Shown here: positions 25,990 to 41,000 of the stretch, piece by piece
Numbering within the stretch: position 1 is the stretch's first letter
How the letters are laid out: each line of letters starts with the position of its first letter
NCBI RefSeq assembly: GCF_000181795.1
Contig: NW_003526943.1
Coordinates: 8,349,472 to 8,413,471 of the forward strand
Length of the DNA stretch: 64,000 nt
Direction of reading: 5' to 3'
DNA from: Trichinella spiralis
Taxonomy: Eukaryota
Position numbers and translations under genes: made by a program
Notes under the pieces: generated by a model
Databases searched by the model: none
What the model saw: the letters and a program-made list of their open reading frames with translations, nothing else
Told to the model about the DNA's origin: nothing

Positions 25990-26516
25990 TTTCGCGCGCA
26001 GAGAAAGTTATGAAACACTACATACCCAGCCAACACAACAGCGACACTAAAGACGACGTGTCGTAATGTTATTTGCTACTGTGATACAGTAAGAATAAAT
26101 AATCAAGTACAAATTTGCAAAATAAATAAGTATAAATTATTTATCAGTTTTTGTTTTTACGTAAAATAAATATTAATTGTATCGATCATATTGTATATAT
26201 TTTATTTTACTTTTTAAAATAAAAAAGCTAGCATTATGTGATATTTATCCCAGCAAAAAGCAAATATTCTTATTGTTGTGGTGTAAATGTAAAAACCAAA
26301 ATAAATTTCTGGGACAATACATTTTTAAAATGATAATTTCAAAATAATAAATGCCATTTTCAAAATCCTAACTTGAAAAAGTGTACTGATTTTTCAACAT
26401 TTCGAGGAGTAAAGCTTTTTTAATTTGAAAAAATAAATTTTTGAAATTAAAGTAAAAAATTAAATAAATCAGTGTTTAATGGTCAGCATATGAAGATGTT
26501 GGCAACGTTTAGTGGG

Positions 26517-26565
26517 CACGTCAACGCAAAATAAATGACATGTAAATGATGCAATATTGCATCAT
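26517..26565. promoter_or_regulatory. Candidate UPR/ISR elements upstream of xbp-1: UPRE-like TGACGTG (26517-26523) and palindromic double TGATGCAAT (26546-26565)
   Basis: CACGTCA and the perfect 20-bp palindrome ATGATGCAATATTGCATCAT lie about 530-575 bp upstream of the xbp-1 ATG. Confidence 0.5.
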
Positions 26566-27064
26566 GATAAATTTCCGTTTGCATTCAATGGGAACATTGT
26601 TCTTCGTATAGGCATTGTAAACAGCGATTGTAACAGAGAATGCATGTCGTCATTTCATCAGAATTTATTTGTCTAAGTTAAATATATATAACTTTAACAT
26701 AACATTCGAAATGACTGACTGAACGGACTTGCATTTATTGTCGAAAAGATATTGAAAAAAAGCAGTCAACATCTGTGAAGCAGTGTTGAATATGACATTA
26801 GCTTAGGCTATCTTTTCTTTTAGTCTACAGCATTCTAGAATCACAATGAATCCAATTCAATATAAAAATTCATCGTCAAATTATGAAAATGTAATTGCTC
26901 AATAGAGTTAGTTATCCACAATGCCAATGACAAGCAATGTTGACTTTGCATCAACAGGATAGATATTCAGAAAAAAGTTCACATTATAAATTTTCTTCAA
27001 ACTGATAAAAACTGCATTCTACAGTATTTTAAGCTCTAATTTCCGCTAATTATACTCTTCTTGG

Positions 27065-29110
27065 TCAAAAATGATCAGCAGTATGTTCTTTCTTGTAATG
27101 GACTTCTTGTTTCGATTCACTACAATGTCAAAGTTTTCATAAAATAAAAGGAAATATTTTCAATGAATTCATCACCTGAAATGTGTAGTTTGACCGTCGT
27201 TTCTGTGCGACCTTGGGCGGATCCCAGAATGGGACGTCACTTCACGTCTAAAAGACTCATGGCCACCGGGAATTGCTTGTTCTGTATATTGGCATTCTCT
27301 TAAATTCTGGCCTGGTGATACAGGCATCAACAATGACTGGTGAAATTCTCTTTCAAGACCACTCATTTCATTATCCCATCTAAAGGCAATATGTCAAAAA
27401 TTGGTGCCATATTATAAAATGAATTAAAAAAAAGCTATTACAAAAGAAAAAACACTTTATTTTATACCTTCGAAACCTTGACATATCAGAAGCGCGTGAA
27501 TCTTCTCTCCAATCAGACAATGAGCGGGTTTTTGGCACGTGATGTTCTCGACTGTCATAATCTTCACGTGGCAGCGTTGGTGGAAATTCAACTATTGGGT
27601 ATGGATTATCAAAACTGTCGGCAAATTCATTGTGAAATACATTGCCTGTTAATAATATTATAAAATTATGTTGTTCCAACTGAATAAAAATGCTATATTA
27701 TTATCATACGGCTTGAATGGCTTTTATGAAAATGACTGTCGTTTCTTCTATAATCGCCATCCTTAAGTAGAATAAAAATATTCAATTCATAATGATATAT
27801 ACACTAGTAATTGACGCAAAACTTTTACCCAAAAATGGTCACGGCGGCTGTCAGGAGCATTGTAATAATTTGAGCCATTTAAGGAAGTATCATTCACTCG
27901 CTTTGATTTTACTTCCTGAAAATCAAAGATTATCATTTTCTGTTAAAAAAACAGCATATTTACAATAATATTGTAGTATGTTTAAAAAAATCTTTAATAT
28001 ATCATTTCAGAAAAATAAGTTTATAAATAAAAAAATCTTTTTTCCCAAAATCATGAAATTATCACATTACAAGAATGGGCTTTAATTCATTAATGTCACA
28101 TTCAATTAATAATAAGTTTTGATGGAATTATGAAAGGAAATAGTACATTTAATATCCATCACTGCACTTTCTTAAAGTTTAAAAAAATATTTAAAATTTA
28201 AAATAAAGAATATAAATTTAGAATAAAATAATTTCAATCAAATCTTTCCTTGCAATTAATGCTTTATTTGTAGCACAACTATTGCAGAAGTAAATTATAT
28301 AATACGACTTTAACAAACAGCAATTTATATTATTACAAAGCTAGAAATTAAAATTAAAATTAAAATTAAAGAAACAAATCTTTTCTAGGTGTAACAAATT
28401 AAAATTTGCAAGCATTATACAATATGTATAAATTAATAATTGTATTCTTGAAGAATGTTTTAGTATGTTTTAGAATGATGTCCAGAATTATAAGTTTATT
28501 TCACTCAAAAACGACGACAAGAAAGCTTGAAGCAGTTATTAAATCAAATAAGCTTATTTCTATTTAAACAGTTTATTTTTGAAAATAATAATACATTTTG
28601 TTATGAATAAAAAATCACACTGAAAGTGCAAAGTATCATACACGATGATAGCTTTCCTTCACTTGAGGCTGTGAAGAATAATAACGTTGTTCAGTAGTAC
28701 CGGATATCATTGGTCTGTTTCTCCATGGCGAATCTGGCGACATTCCTTCAAACAAGATGGCATTATTTCAATTTAAAAATTTTTTCGTTAAGAAATTTAA
28801 ATAATACTAATAATCGATTTTGCTAAATATGAATTTTGAACGAAATAAACTTGCACGAAAAAGTGCACACTAACACCTTTGATTTGGAAACAGAAAAACA
28901 ATCATGTCAATAATGAGATGCACAGGTTCTAAATTGGTGAACAACTTAAACAGTCACTGAAGTAATATATTATAAAATTTGAAAATACAAATCAATACAT
29001 TGTAAATAGTGCATTTGACAATTATTTAAATACTCGTGTAAATTTGATGATATTTGCGTTTGTCATTATTTGTTTGTAAAGGCAATTTTGCTAAAGTTGC
29101 AGCTTTTTCT

Positions 29111-29151
<41 letters not shown>

Positions 29152-32100
29152 TTATGCTTTAGCATCCAATTTTCCTTCCTATTCTTTTTCCTATCCTTAA
29201 GAGATACAAGCAGAAGATGAAAAACAAAGTCAACCATATGCACTGGCTTTGACGAATAGAGTTGAAAAAGAAGACATACTGTAGAAGAAGAGTTGAAGAT
29301 AATTTTTAAAAAATATGAATATTTTTGAAGCAGAATTTTTCCCTCCAATGAAGCGGCCAGTCTTACCGAAAGGCACAGTCCACGGCGGGTCGTCGGCAAC
29401 ACCGTGACGGGAGTGCCAATTTATACTGTTTCCATATTTATCTATTTCTCGATGGTGACTGTGCTCACCTTTCCGTCTGTGTCTGTCTCGCTTTTCTTTT
29501 CTACTTCGGCCACGAACTCGGCGTTCAATTTCCTCTGTGGTCATTGTCTCTTCGATCTTTTCAATCGTCTCAGTCACTTGTGGGCTCTGCATAAAATGAA
29601 ATAAAAAAATTAAAATTAAAATTAATTTTTTCATACGATAAAGTGATTTATAAATTCACCTCCTTGATCACTCGGTTTTGTTCATTTTCCGTCTCTTTTT
29701 CCCATTTGCTTTCGTGTTTTCGCGTTTCTTGTCGTTTCTGTTGTTGCTTCATTATTGATTTGGGTTTTTTTGCCTTTTCATCCTTAATAAATCGACAATT
29801 TGATATAGAAATATACAAGAAAAAAGAATTCTAATTTGACCACAGGCATTATGCAATTTTGCAGAATAAAACATTTTACAAGTACGCTACTTGATTTTCA
29901 TTTTCAAAAAAATCATCCCATTATTAATTATTAAAAATTACAAAGATCAGTTGATAAAATTATTTTCAAAAAAATATATTTACTTTTATTTTGATCAAAG
30001 TACTGTGTCGACTTTCAGTTTCTTCAGTATCTCCAGAAGATAATTTTCCGTCAATCTCATGCGTGGTACGGTATTCTCTGGTCCATTCTCTGGTCAATGC
30101 AGAAGCGTCGATTGGAACAAGCACCGCTTGCAATGGCAACATTTGCGACGTGTTCTATAAATGAAAAATGAATAATTTTGTTCATTTTTCGAATTTATAA
30201 AGTTACTGCTTACAGTCTGATCAACAGTCTGAACTGAGACGTTGGATCGAGGAAGGGATTTGGGCAGTGCTGGACTCAAGTCTGTTCGAATGCGCAACAA
30301 GCCTGGATTTTGCATGTGTCCATTCACACTGACAATTGACCGAGGGCTGAAGCTGTTTTTGAATTCCCACGACGACAAATTCACTTGTGATTGACTCTGT
30401 AAAGTGCAATGTGAAATTTTTCACATTTTTCAATTCATTTATCATCAAAAACAACAGAAAACAAAATTCTATTCTAATCAGCTAAACAAGCTATTGTATA
30501 CAAATAATTCGACAATTGCGCACACTAGAAAATAAAAGAAAAAAGTAAACTGAAATGAAATTGATGAAAAACAGAACGTAATCAATTTTGTGCTATTCTA
30601 TCCACTATTCAGATGTGATTTCAATTAAATTATTAAAAAAATTATTGTTCTTAAAATAATCTATTATATTATTTGAGAAATATATCAAAACAACTTCATT
30701 TGAAACACTTGTTCCTAGCAAACAATATCTGTTAAATGAGTAACACTACTGACGTTATATTTTATGAGCTGAAACAATCTCAACTCTGAATTAATTAGGA
30801 AAATTAATAATAACAATAATAATATATTTTCTGTTTTGCTATTTTTGAAAATAAACTGACCTTGGTTAGCAAAGGTGGAATGGGCAATAATTCAGCTTCC
30901 ACTTTGCTCACTTCATTGACATTGACAGTTGATCTGTTTCTTGCACGTTCGAGCAATTTTTCCCTTATCTGAGCCATTTCAGACAAATCTTGTGCTTCCT
31001 AATTTATTTTAATTGTTTTTTTTGCTGTATACATACATTTATTTATTTATTTAACGCTGTGCTCAATAATTGAAAAATATTTTTTAAAAAAATTTCAAGT
31101 AAATAAAAAAATAAACAAAACATAAAATTACTACAGCTACATCGGACTACTGATTGTATCATGCAGACAGAAGTGGGAATTTTGTTTTTTACCTGATGTT
31201 GTCTCGGCTTCGGTAAAGACTAAAATAAAAAATGAAACATTCACTGAAATATTGAATTGAAAAAATATTTCTTTTTCAAAAAGATTAAATTCATATATCA
31301 TTGTATAATTTCATAAATAAAAATTTAAATGTCTCGATAAACATTAAAATATGATATAGCATTAATGAAAATAATAATATATTAAATTTCATGTTGTTTT
31401 AAAGTTGTGACTGTAGAAATTAATCGATTGATTGTAAATGCTTGAATAATGATATATTTTCAGTAGTTAAAAAAAACCAAGAAAAAGAAGAAGAAGAAGG
31501 GAAATAGTATGAGGAGAAATAACAAAAGGAAAGCAGAAATTTCCATTCCAAAAATAAAATTGAAACAAAAAATCCCAAACAATGCTTTGTTCTAAGTGTT
31601 TCAAGCTGGGAGAGAATTTTGGGAACAGTTGAATAGCTGTTATTAATTTTCCAACATACCCGTGATTCTGTTCTGGTTATATAACTTTTCTGTTGCACGT
31701 TGTGTTGAAGATTATGTGGCGTTACGATTGAAAGTGGCGTGACGCATCGCCTCTCAAATCTGTCGTTCAAATGATCCTTCATCCCGAATGCAGCAAACCT
31801 GGGAGATTTCATCAAATCGCAAGTCGTCAATTTCTCATTACCGTGCAACTGAGACAGATTGATCTCAGATGTCCTGTTGTTTTTCCTAGCATAGATCTGT
31901 TTCTCATCGGCTAAAGATAAAGCAGAAAGCCTTGCTTCGAGAAATGATTTCTGCTCATTGCAATTCAAAAAGCTACTTTGAAAACACTTCAAAGGTGGTC
32001 GATCTGAACTGATCACTTTGGAACTTTTTCTCGAACACTGCGATTGGTCGTGCGGAAATTTTGTCACATCCGGTGAAGGTGGAGGGGTGAAATTTTTCGT

Positions 32101-35100
32101 CTCCCTCTTAAATACAGGCTCGACAATCTCAGGTTTCCAAAAATATTCCTTGTCGTCAACAATATCGTAACACTTGAACTGTTCCCTGGGCTGTGGAAAT
32201 TTGTAAGGCTCTTCAACAGGCGGTTTCCACGGTTTTCGCCTTCGGAAAAGTTCACTTACAGACGGTGATTGTTCTCTGAAACTTTCCATCCCAGTGCTCA
32301 AATTATTCGGACAATTGTCTTTACCGAAAGCAATATTTTCACTTATCAAATCCTCAGGATGCTCACTTTTAGCGGAAATTCGTTGCCATTGAGCATTTTC
32401 ATTCTCATTTAAATTTGATAAATTATCCCTTTGTCCATTATTGAACAAAAAAGCTGCTTTCTCTTTACTGATTTTCTGTTCATCTGAAAGCAAAGGTAGT
32501 CGCTGGCATTGGTTGTGCTGCTGTTGATCGATATGCTGGTTTTCATTTGCAATGCAATGAGAAGAGGAGAAAAATTCATCCAGAGTGGGCGTTTGCAAAG
32601 CCCGGTTCACCAATTTCACCGGCTCACATTGTATAGCAGCGTCGACGGTACAAGTTTTACCATATCGACCACCATCGGTATGCACCAAATGAAATTGATC
32701 ATCACTACATTTGTCTGAATGAGCACGGTGAAATGGTTTACTGTACCAAAAGCGCTTTGCATCAGAACCCGTTTGTTCAGGCAAGTTCTCATCTAGTTCT
32801 GTGCAAGTTGATGCGCCAGATGTTTCCTGAAATTTCAAGTGCATATTTCCAAGCTGATTTCCAAGCTGTTGACACAGAAATATGCACAAACACACAAAAA
32901 CACACACACACACACACACACGCACACGTAAAATAATTAAGCACAATTATTCATGCTTGAAACAAGGGCAAGCTTATTCGCATTCCACTGCCAAAAACAA
33001 CAACAACAACAACAAAGCAACCAGGAAAATACCCAACACAAAGAAGTAAATTGAAATGGAGAAAGGGAAAATGTTGTTGGAAAGAGAAAATTGTTGAAAT
33101 CATCGCCAACTGACATGCACTCTTACCCCTGCTTGACTTTTATCTAAAATCTTGTTATCAAAATATGTTTCGCTCCCATGGCGCAAATATCCTCTTTTGG
33201 ACAGATAATTATTCGTGTTTTTCAATGGCAATTGTGCATAACGAGAGCCTGACAACACTTGACCAAAATCTTTCGTTTCATGCCTAACTTGATCAAATGC
33301 ATCGCCTTTTTCACTGAACGGTACTGCACTTGAACAGCGCCACACTTTCTGCAACGACAACAACAACAACATACACACACATACACATATACATATGCAT
33401 AATCATCCATCAGTCATTTGCTTCACATTTGGTGAATTAATTTTTTTTCTCATCACAATTGAATCATGGAAGCCAGAAAAATTGAAATATTAACAAGCAA
33501 ATTAAGCAAAACTACCTCTTCACAAACAGAAGGCAATCGTTGACGGTAACTGTTGTACAACAAGGGCGAATCAATTCTTGAAAATGCCACTCCATCTCGT
33601 CTCCTCCAAGGCATAGCCGATCCGATCACATGACCAGAAGAATAACAGGGGTAATTATTCACTGATATCGGTTCACCGTGCAGTGTGCTTTGCATTGTTG
33701 GATAAGAGGTCAAAGTATCCGCTTCTTGGGATCTGTTTCGATCGACATCCGCCGATTGATACCCGTCCAATTTGTAAAATGAGCGATGACGACCGACAAG
33801 ATCTGTGAGCACTTCGTGGGGAAGCTTTTTCCTCTGTCGGTCAATTTCACTTTGCGATCCGCAATAATTATTTCTCAACAAACTCGACTGAACTCTAGAT
33901 TTCGAAGGTTCAAATTGAGAAGCTTCACTGCACAAAGGCAGAGTCGCATTTGAGCCATACTGTGAACAATAAGCATTGTATTCTGAATACACGTCTGGCG
34001 AAAGTACCAACTGTTCGCACGAATAAAATTTAGGTATAGAAGGATGATATACCTTAAAATCAACGCATAACAACATGGATCAATCCGTTGTTACTGCTAG
34101 CGAGATTCAAACTACTAATGCTAATCAATTTCATCCTTACCTTTACTGGAAAATAGGCTTGCAGAGAGAAGGAAAAGATTGTACAAATGATAAATAATAT
34201 TAAATAAATGTCTTACTTTCGTAATGAATTGAAAAAAATTTCACAATCACGCATAAACAAACGAATAGCAGTTGAGAGAATGGAATTGCTGCTAGTGTTG
34301 GATGAATAGCATTTAAATTTTGAAAATTCTCCTCTGCAAGCAAGTTTATTCGTTCGACTTTTCAAAATTTTCAATATTCCATTATTTAAACAGTCTCGAC
34401 CACTTGAAATCGTTCATTTTGGGAATGAATAAGTTTCCAATGGAAAATTCAGGGCAAAATTATGCGACAAAAGAAAGAAGAACACATCCTGCTGTATATT
34501 TATAATATTTAAAGTGGAAAGTGGAATTGTAAATTTCATTTATGATTATCAGATTTAAGTACTGTTTTCAATAACATCAATAAACTGAAAACTGAAACAA
34601 TGAAATGTTCATATTTGTTGTTTTTACACCTTGCATTTTTATGAATAAAAAATAAAAATAATAATATTACATTTGTTTTGAATTGATCAACTTACTCTTT
34701 GGAATTTGTAGTCCAATGGTGATCCCTGAAATGAAATAAAAATAATGATTTAAAAGTCACTCCAGCTATCCGTATCTCAGTCATCATTGCACAATTACGT
34801 TTTGTTTGCATATTTTAAAATATGCTTAATTTGAAAATAAATAAATAAAATGAAGCGAATCAATTAAAAATAACAGCCAAGTAAAAATGTTTCAGTATAT
34901 TTGGAATAAATTTCAAAATTGGAATTAAAATGTAGAAGAAATTTCAAAGAAAAATTGCATATTAAAAATTTAGGCAAAATTGAAACTTACCCTTTTCTCT
35001 GGTCGAGGTAGCCTTTCCCAAGCTTCGTTGACACATTTTTCGTTAATTTTAAGTTTGCTTCGCAATGGTGAAAGTGACATTGCTCTGTGACGTTCCAAAC

Positions 35101-38050
35101 TTTCAGACAAATAATCGTGTGGAGTAATTGGACGAACTTCGAGACTCTATTAAAAATTAATAAAATGTGAAATGTGTGAGAAAACATAATAATAATAGAA
35201 TTATCATCAATTATGAAATTGATCATTGTGAAATGGTACCCGAAGTCGTTGCCGTTGCGGACGTTCCAAAGGATTCAGCTTGACAAATGAACGTTTGCTG
35301 TGACTTGACGGAAAATCGGTGTTTTTCTTTTTTCTTAAAAATTCAGCTGGCAACGTCTGACTTGAAGTGATGCTTGTTTTCGGCGGTTCAGCTTTTGGAT
35401 CAATCATTCTCAGCTTGTAATATTCCGCCTGCTTTTCCACCTTGAATTTAAATTATTTGTTTTAACTTTGTAAATATTAAAAAAAATTTTTTTATTCAAA
35501 AATATTACTTTATAATCAGCCGGACGATCCATCTGGTCATAATTCGTTTGCATAGTTGTTTCTCTTTTCAGTTCCGAATCAATGCCTGGTTTCTGAAGTA
35601 GATTCAACTTTGTAAAAGAACATTTTTAAAAAAATTAATAACATGAAATGAACAGTTCAATTTATTGATGGCTTTAAAATAATAAACTAATAAAATTAAA
35701 AAAAGTCATACCTCTGAGCTTTGTTTTGTTTTATAAAATGGCGTAATGAACCGCATATCGTGGCGCCGCACTTCAGACGTGGTCGTTTCCTTTTCTGTTG
35801 CATTCTGCTTTTACAAAGAACAACATTCAAAAATTGAAAGTTCTTATTACAATTTAAATAAAATATTATTAATCTCATTCTACGCATACCTTGTAACATG
35901 CTTGTGAAACAACTTTCATCAAATAACACTTTACTTGTATTCTGTTTCAAATTACTGTAGATAAGTTTTCACAATATATTATAAACAAAATTAAATTACA
36001 AATTTAAACGTGTAAATTAAAAAAAATATACACACAATTATGTCTCAACGCTTGGTCATAAATAGAACGTGCTAAACAGTGTTGCTTATGTATGAATAAT
36101 TGATATCGCGAATGCTGTTTTTTAAGGTGAAATTCATTTTGAAAATCAATTATGCAGCGATGAGACATTCGATAAATAAAAGTGGAAGTTTGACGACAAT
36201 GCGCGTTGAAAGAAATTATGGCACTTTCATTAGTTGCATTTTACTTTATCCTTGAACCCGCCATTGTTCATTTCTTTTCAGTTATGCCGTTCAATCCGGA
36301 CGTCCATGCTCTTTGGGCGTGGCCTCCAGAGAATGAAAAAATTCTCCCCACAATTGGCAAAAATATTCAAAAAGCCAAATTCATCTTTGCACCTGAACTA
36401 CAACAATCGCACGCAATAAAATGTAAAAATTAAATTAATTTTCTTATTTACCATTATATGCAAAATTGATTGGTACTTAATTTTCATTCAAAAACAAATT
36501 TCAAACTGTGGTCCGTTTTATTTATTAGAAAAGCTTTGAAAAATGCATTCGCGGCCAATTTCTAAAAGCTGCACTACTTTAATTTTCTGAAAAGCAGTCA
36601 AGTAGGCAATTTCAAACTGCTTAACATTTGAAAATGTCCGCTTTTATTCTAGGTAAGTGGAACAGAAAAAGTGGTATGCGCTTTTAGATGCTACGAAACT
36701 TTGTCACACAGTATGTGCTTTGATGAAAAAACAAAAAAAATTACAAATAAATCGCTTTCTCACGGTAGAATAATATTAATAATTAAGCCGATGATTCAGT
36801 TTTGCAGTTTCGAATTGGGCTGTAATAAAAATTAACGGTTGGACAAGTTAACCACTTTTTGAAGCGTTCGAACTTGAATTCGAAAACCCATTTCAAGTTG
36901 AATAAGTGTAAACAAGTTTTCTGTTTAAACTACTCAATTTAGCCAAAGAAGTTTTTATTCTTACAATTAAATTTTAATTCCACAAATAAAGTGTTCTATA
37001 TTGCACTTTTTGTTTTTTTTAAACAAAATCAATTTCCTTTTACCAAACAAAAAATTTACTTAGCATTTTGGTAAGATCTGAAGTATATAAAAATTGTACC
37101 GAGTTTGTATTTTTACGCAACAATACAACAAAAACAAATATTTCCAACAACATAAATATTGATAATTTTTTCAAAAAATATTAATTAATTAATTAATATT
37201 ACAAAAATTATTTTTTTTCATAAAACATTAAAAAAACTAGTAAATAAAAGAGACAAATCAAATCAACCACGTAGTCAGTAAAGTGAAAAGATAATAATCA
37301 AATTTATGAACTGCGCGATTGTAAATAGAAAAAATGAAATAATACTTGAAAAGTTAACAGAAAGATTACCAGGTGAATTTTCAAATAGAATATCAGTAAG
37401 AAGATGAGAAAATTTTTAAAATTATCATACAAAAGTCAACCATCAATTCAACACATCTGTAAACTAGATTCGTCGAACTTGATTGCCTCTTCATTAACAG
37501 TACATCTAAATTTTATTGCATGACTGTAAAAAAATCGAAAAAAATTTTTTTAATTGTTTTTTTCTATTATAAAAATTTTTTACATAAATTTTTGGAAATG
37601 ATAATTTTCTTTGATAAATATATTGTTCCATTTCGACAGTAGAAACTCGAGTACAAATGTGCAAAACACGACCTGTTAACATTGTCGAATTCTGCAAATT
37701 TAGTTTAATATGTGAAGAGAACACGAGGTTAATAGTTATGATAATAAGTGTAATTGAACAGAGGTGAACTTTAGTGTGAATTGAATTTCAATTTGTATTA
37801 AATAATATCAAAAAAATTTTCAAATGTGAACTTTTGATCGATTTGTTTTCTTATTACAGACAAGGTAGAAAAAGTGGTGAATAAAGTATCCGATAAAATG
37901 TGATCTCGATCATATGCAATTTTCAAATAAAACCAAATTAGAAATGAGAAAATTACCTCATCCGGCGGTTGTCCAGTGATAATAGTCTTCGGTTCAGTGC
38001 TCCATTCTTTTGTAAAACCACCGCTTTCCATTTCTGAAATAATTTCCAAG
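27065..38050 (-). CDS. Large multi-exon gene of unknown function (low-complexity/disordered, no recognised domain); 5' end uncertain
   Basis: Chain of minus-strand exons, phase-compatible where checked: ~37958-38050 (MESGGFTKEWSTEPKTIITGQPPDE), ~35712-35808, 35510-35610, 35240-35440, 33515-34050, ~31660-32870 (WKPPVEEPYKF...FWKPEIVEPVFKRETKNFTPPPSP), 30860-31000, 30220-30400, 29367-29590, 28640-28745, then five exons to a stop at 27065. It could be two genes. Confidence 0.55.
29116..29149 (+). repeat. (AT)n microsatellite
   Basis: Uninterrupted atatat... run. Confidence 0.95.
32885..32928 (+). repeat. (CA)n microsatellite, intronic
   Basis: cacacacacacacacacaca run; produces the spurious VCVCVC start of ORF 31420..32946. 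Confidence 0.9.
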
Positions 38051-41000
38051 CTCTGTATATACATATATCGATATGAACAACGAACGCGTTGGAGAACAAT
38101 TGTACGGACAGAGAGTACTGTATGTAAAGAAGGAAATTATTTAAAGTGTAGAAAAATAGGCTTAAAATATACGAAGAATTATAATGTTGAAAGAAGTAGT
38201 AGAGGAAGAAGAATGTTTTTTTTTCAGCTTTTCAACAAGCAAACCAGCTAGCAAAGATGTGTTGAACAAATTGAAGCTGAAATTGAATTGAACAAAGAAC
38301 AAGTTGAAATGCACTTGAGGAAACGATTTAGATTAGAATATAACCAGCAATTGACAAGAAAGTGTCGAAATTTGAACAAACAACAACAGACAAGAAGAAT
38401 AATAATAAAAATATTAATAATAATAATTATAATAATAATAATAATACACGTTTGAGACAGACAATTCTTCCGCTTCTTGTTCTTCCAGTTAATAGGACCG
38501 TTTAGTAGTATGCTTTCATCAACGACGACAGACGGCAATTCTGCAACACAAATTCATCGACAAATGCTGCTCCAAAGTGGAAGATGATTGTCTGTATTGG
38601 TAAGAATGCTGCTTGCATGGTGAAAATGGGTTGTTGGGTCATCAGTTGACAAAATAATCAAAAATTAGGATGTTTTCCAATAACACGTTGTAATTTGGTT
38701 TAGTAATTGCTAGGTTTGTAGTGAAGCAGAAATGATGCAGTTTTTTCTATATTTTGAGGAGAAGAAAAAATAAACAAATAAATTCCATAATATTAATATT
38801 TTTTGATTATGAATATGAGTTTGTTAATAAAAAAGAAAAGAAAAACAAGAAAACTACGCGACACGTTCGTGGTAGGATAAAAGAGAGAGAGAGAGAATTT
38901 TAGCCGGTGAGGGGGTGAATTGGATGCTGATGTGTGGAGAAAAAGCGATGCGAATTGGAATTTTATACAAAGAATAATAATAAATGACAAAAATAAATAG
39001 ACATAAACTGGCCAGCTGACAGCCGACAGACGTCGCCAGTGTGGAACGTTTTGTACGTGGAAAATGGGAATTCGCTCGATGGAACTTGACGATCACTGTA
39101 AGTGAACGATAAATACAGCCGGAAAGCGATGATGCATGGACTGGCTGCAAAAATCACAGGCAGGCTTGGCAGGCGTTGGCGCCCGCTTTTCGGATGCTTA
39201 TCTCCAAGAAGAGAACAGGAATGTAGACTGTCCTCAAGTGACACATTCATCTGACAACCGCATGTTACCAGTTCCCGTGACGTTGGTCCGGTTTGGAGCT
39301 TTTGAATTGTGCCATAGCTGTCGCATGAGTAATCTTGCCAAGGTTAAGTGAACAATAAAATCAATTCACCAACCGAACTTCAAGTACAACTTCATCAACA
39401 TGGCGGCATTATAATAGCAGTACTTATAATTGGGGAACTTGCACGAGCCTGATTCACCTTTGACCGAAATTCGACAACGCCCACTGGCCACATCGGTTCA
39501 TCAATCAGCCGAAGCATTTTCATATTTTTCTCATGTATCACTTTTACCAGCCAGCATATACATATATATATATCACCAGATGCTGCTGCTGGTGGTGGTG
39601 GTGGTGGTAATGGTGTGGTTGGCTTTTTTGTTGTCACGCTAACGAAACGCGTGTTTCTTCTATTTGAACAGACAATTCCACGACAACCAGCTCGACTTTT
39701 CCCCACATTCATCGATTCATTTGCAAAATATACGATACGTTTATTTGTAGTGGGATTTTTTCCATATTCACTGCAAAATGCACAGGAGGAGGTTGCTTTT
39801 TGAAGCGGTTGTAAACAACATGCTGAATGCCTATTTTTTCCCCTTGTTTACCCCTTACAAATACGTCATTTTGACAAGTTAGTAGTTTTGCCGAATTGGA
39901 TTGTGAGAAATCTAGAAAGCAGAAATGCACACTTTGCCATCAATGCACACTTTTGACAAGAATGTTTGCATTGAACAGCTCTGCTAACAGTTTACTTCCC
40001 GACAACGTTGTCAACGAGAAACCTACTTTAGCGGCCGACCAATCGACCACTTACTTACTTCTTCAAGCAAATTTATCAACTCCATGCAACAAGTAAATAT
40101 GCATATATATACAGACAAGCCATTTTTATATTTCTTCAATTGGAAACTCTTGGCTAATTAAGCGACAAAACAAAGAATACTTCCCTTCCAAAATGATTGA
40201 TGTACATCGAAAAAGCGAAACTTATATCAATTAATTAAAACACATTTTCATTTCAAATCAAATCACCAATGTTCATTGTAAATTGAATCATAAAACATTT
40301 AATACAAACATAAAAGCTTCAAATCACAATAACAATGATAAATTAACATTCTCTTTTTTCGTTTCTTTTTTTTAGTAATTTCTAATTTATTGTTTATATT
40401 AATATTTTCAAATCAGCACTTTTGTTGGTCTTGAAAATAGTTGGTTTGCTCTGCTAATTGTTTACACTTCAAAATCGAAACAATATTGACAGTACGGCTT
40501 ATTATGGTATGTCCATTCTATTGTATGGAAAAAGGGTGATTAATCTCTTAATTCTGTTTGAAGGACAGTAAAATTACAGTTATCAATTATGAAGTTATAT
40601 TAGAAATCAAATACTCGAAAAATGCTTGCATTGACTATTATTCCATTTGTGACATTTGTAAAAGCTGAAATTGTTCAACAAACCAAAATGAAAAGCTTTT
40701 CAATTCAATCAAAAAACTATTTAAATCAAAGCATTTTCAAATCTCTCATATGAAACAACAACTAAATACTTTGAATTGCTCAACATTTATATTTCTTATA
40801 ATAACTGACATATTAATTATAATTTTTTAAATATTACACCTTTATTTTGTAATGTGCATAATTAATTGTTTCCTATACTGCCATAATATATTGTTCTCAA
40901 TCAAATTAAAAGTGCACTAATATTTTATATTGCACAAAAATAAAATAGCATAAAAGCAGAGTTCAATTTTGATACTGGAAAAATGTTTCAAAGATAAGCT

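Noticed and set aside
31420..32946. 508-aa ORF with hydrophobic ends suggesting a membrane protein
   Set aside because: Both ends are intronic low-complexity sequence ((CA)n and T-rich); only ~31660-32870 looks like an exon.
36206..36433. Possible nested plus-strand gene (MPFNPDVHALWAWPPENEK...)
   Set aside because: No recognisable homology or partner exons; equally explained as an alternative 5' exon of the minus-strand gene.
38500..40100. Several overlapping 60-105 aa ORFs
   Set aside because: Low-complexity with no domain signal; more likely the regulatory/5' region of the large minus-strand gene.
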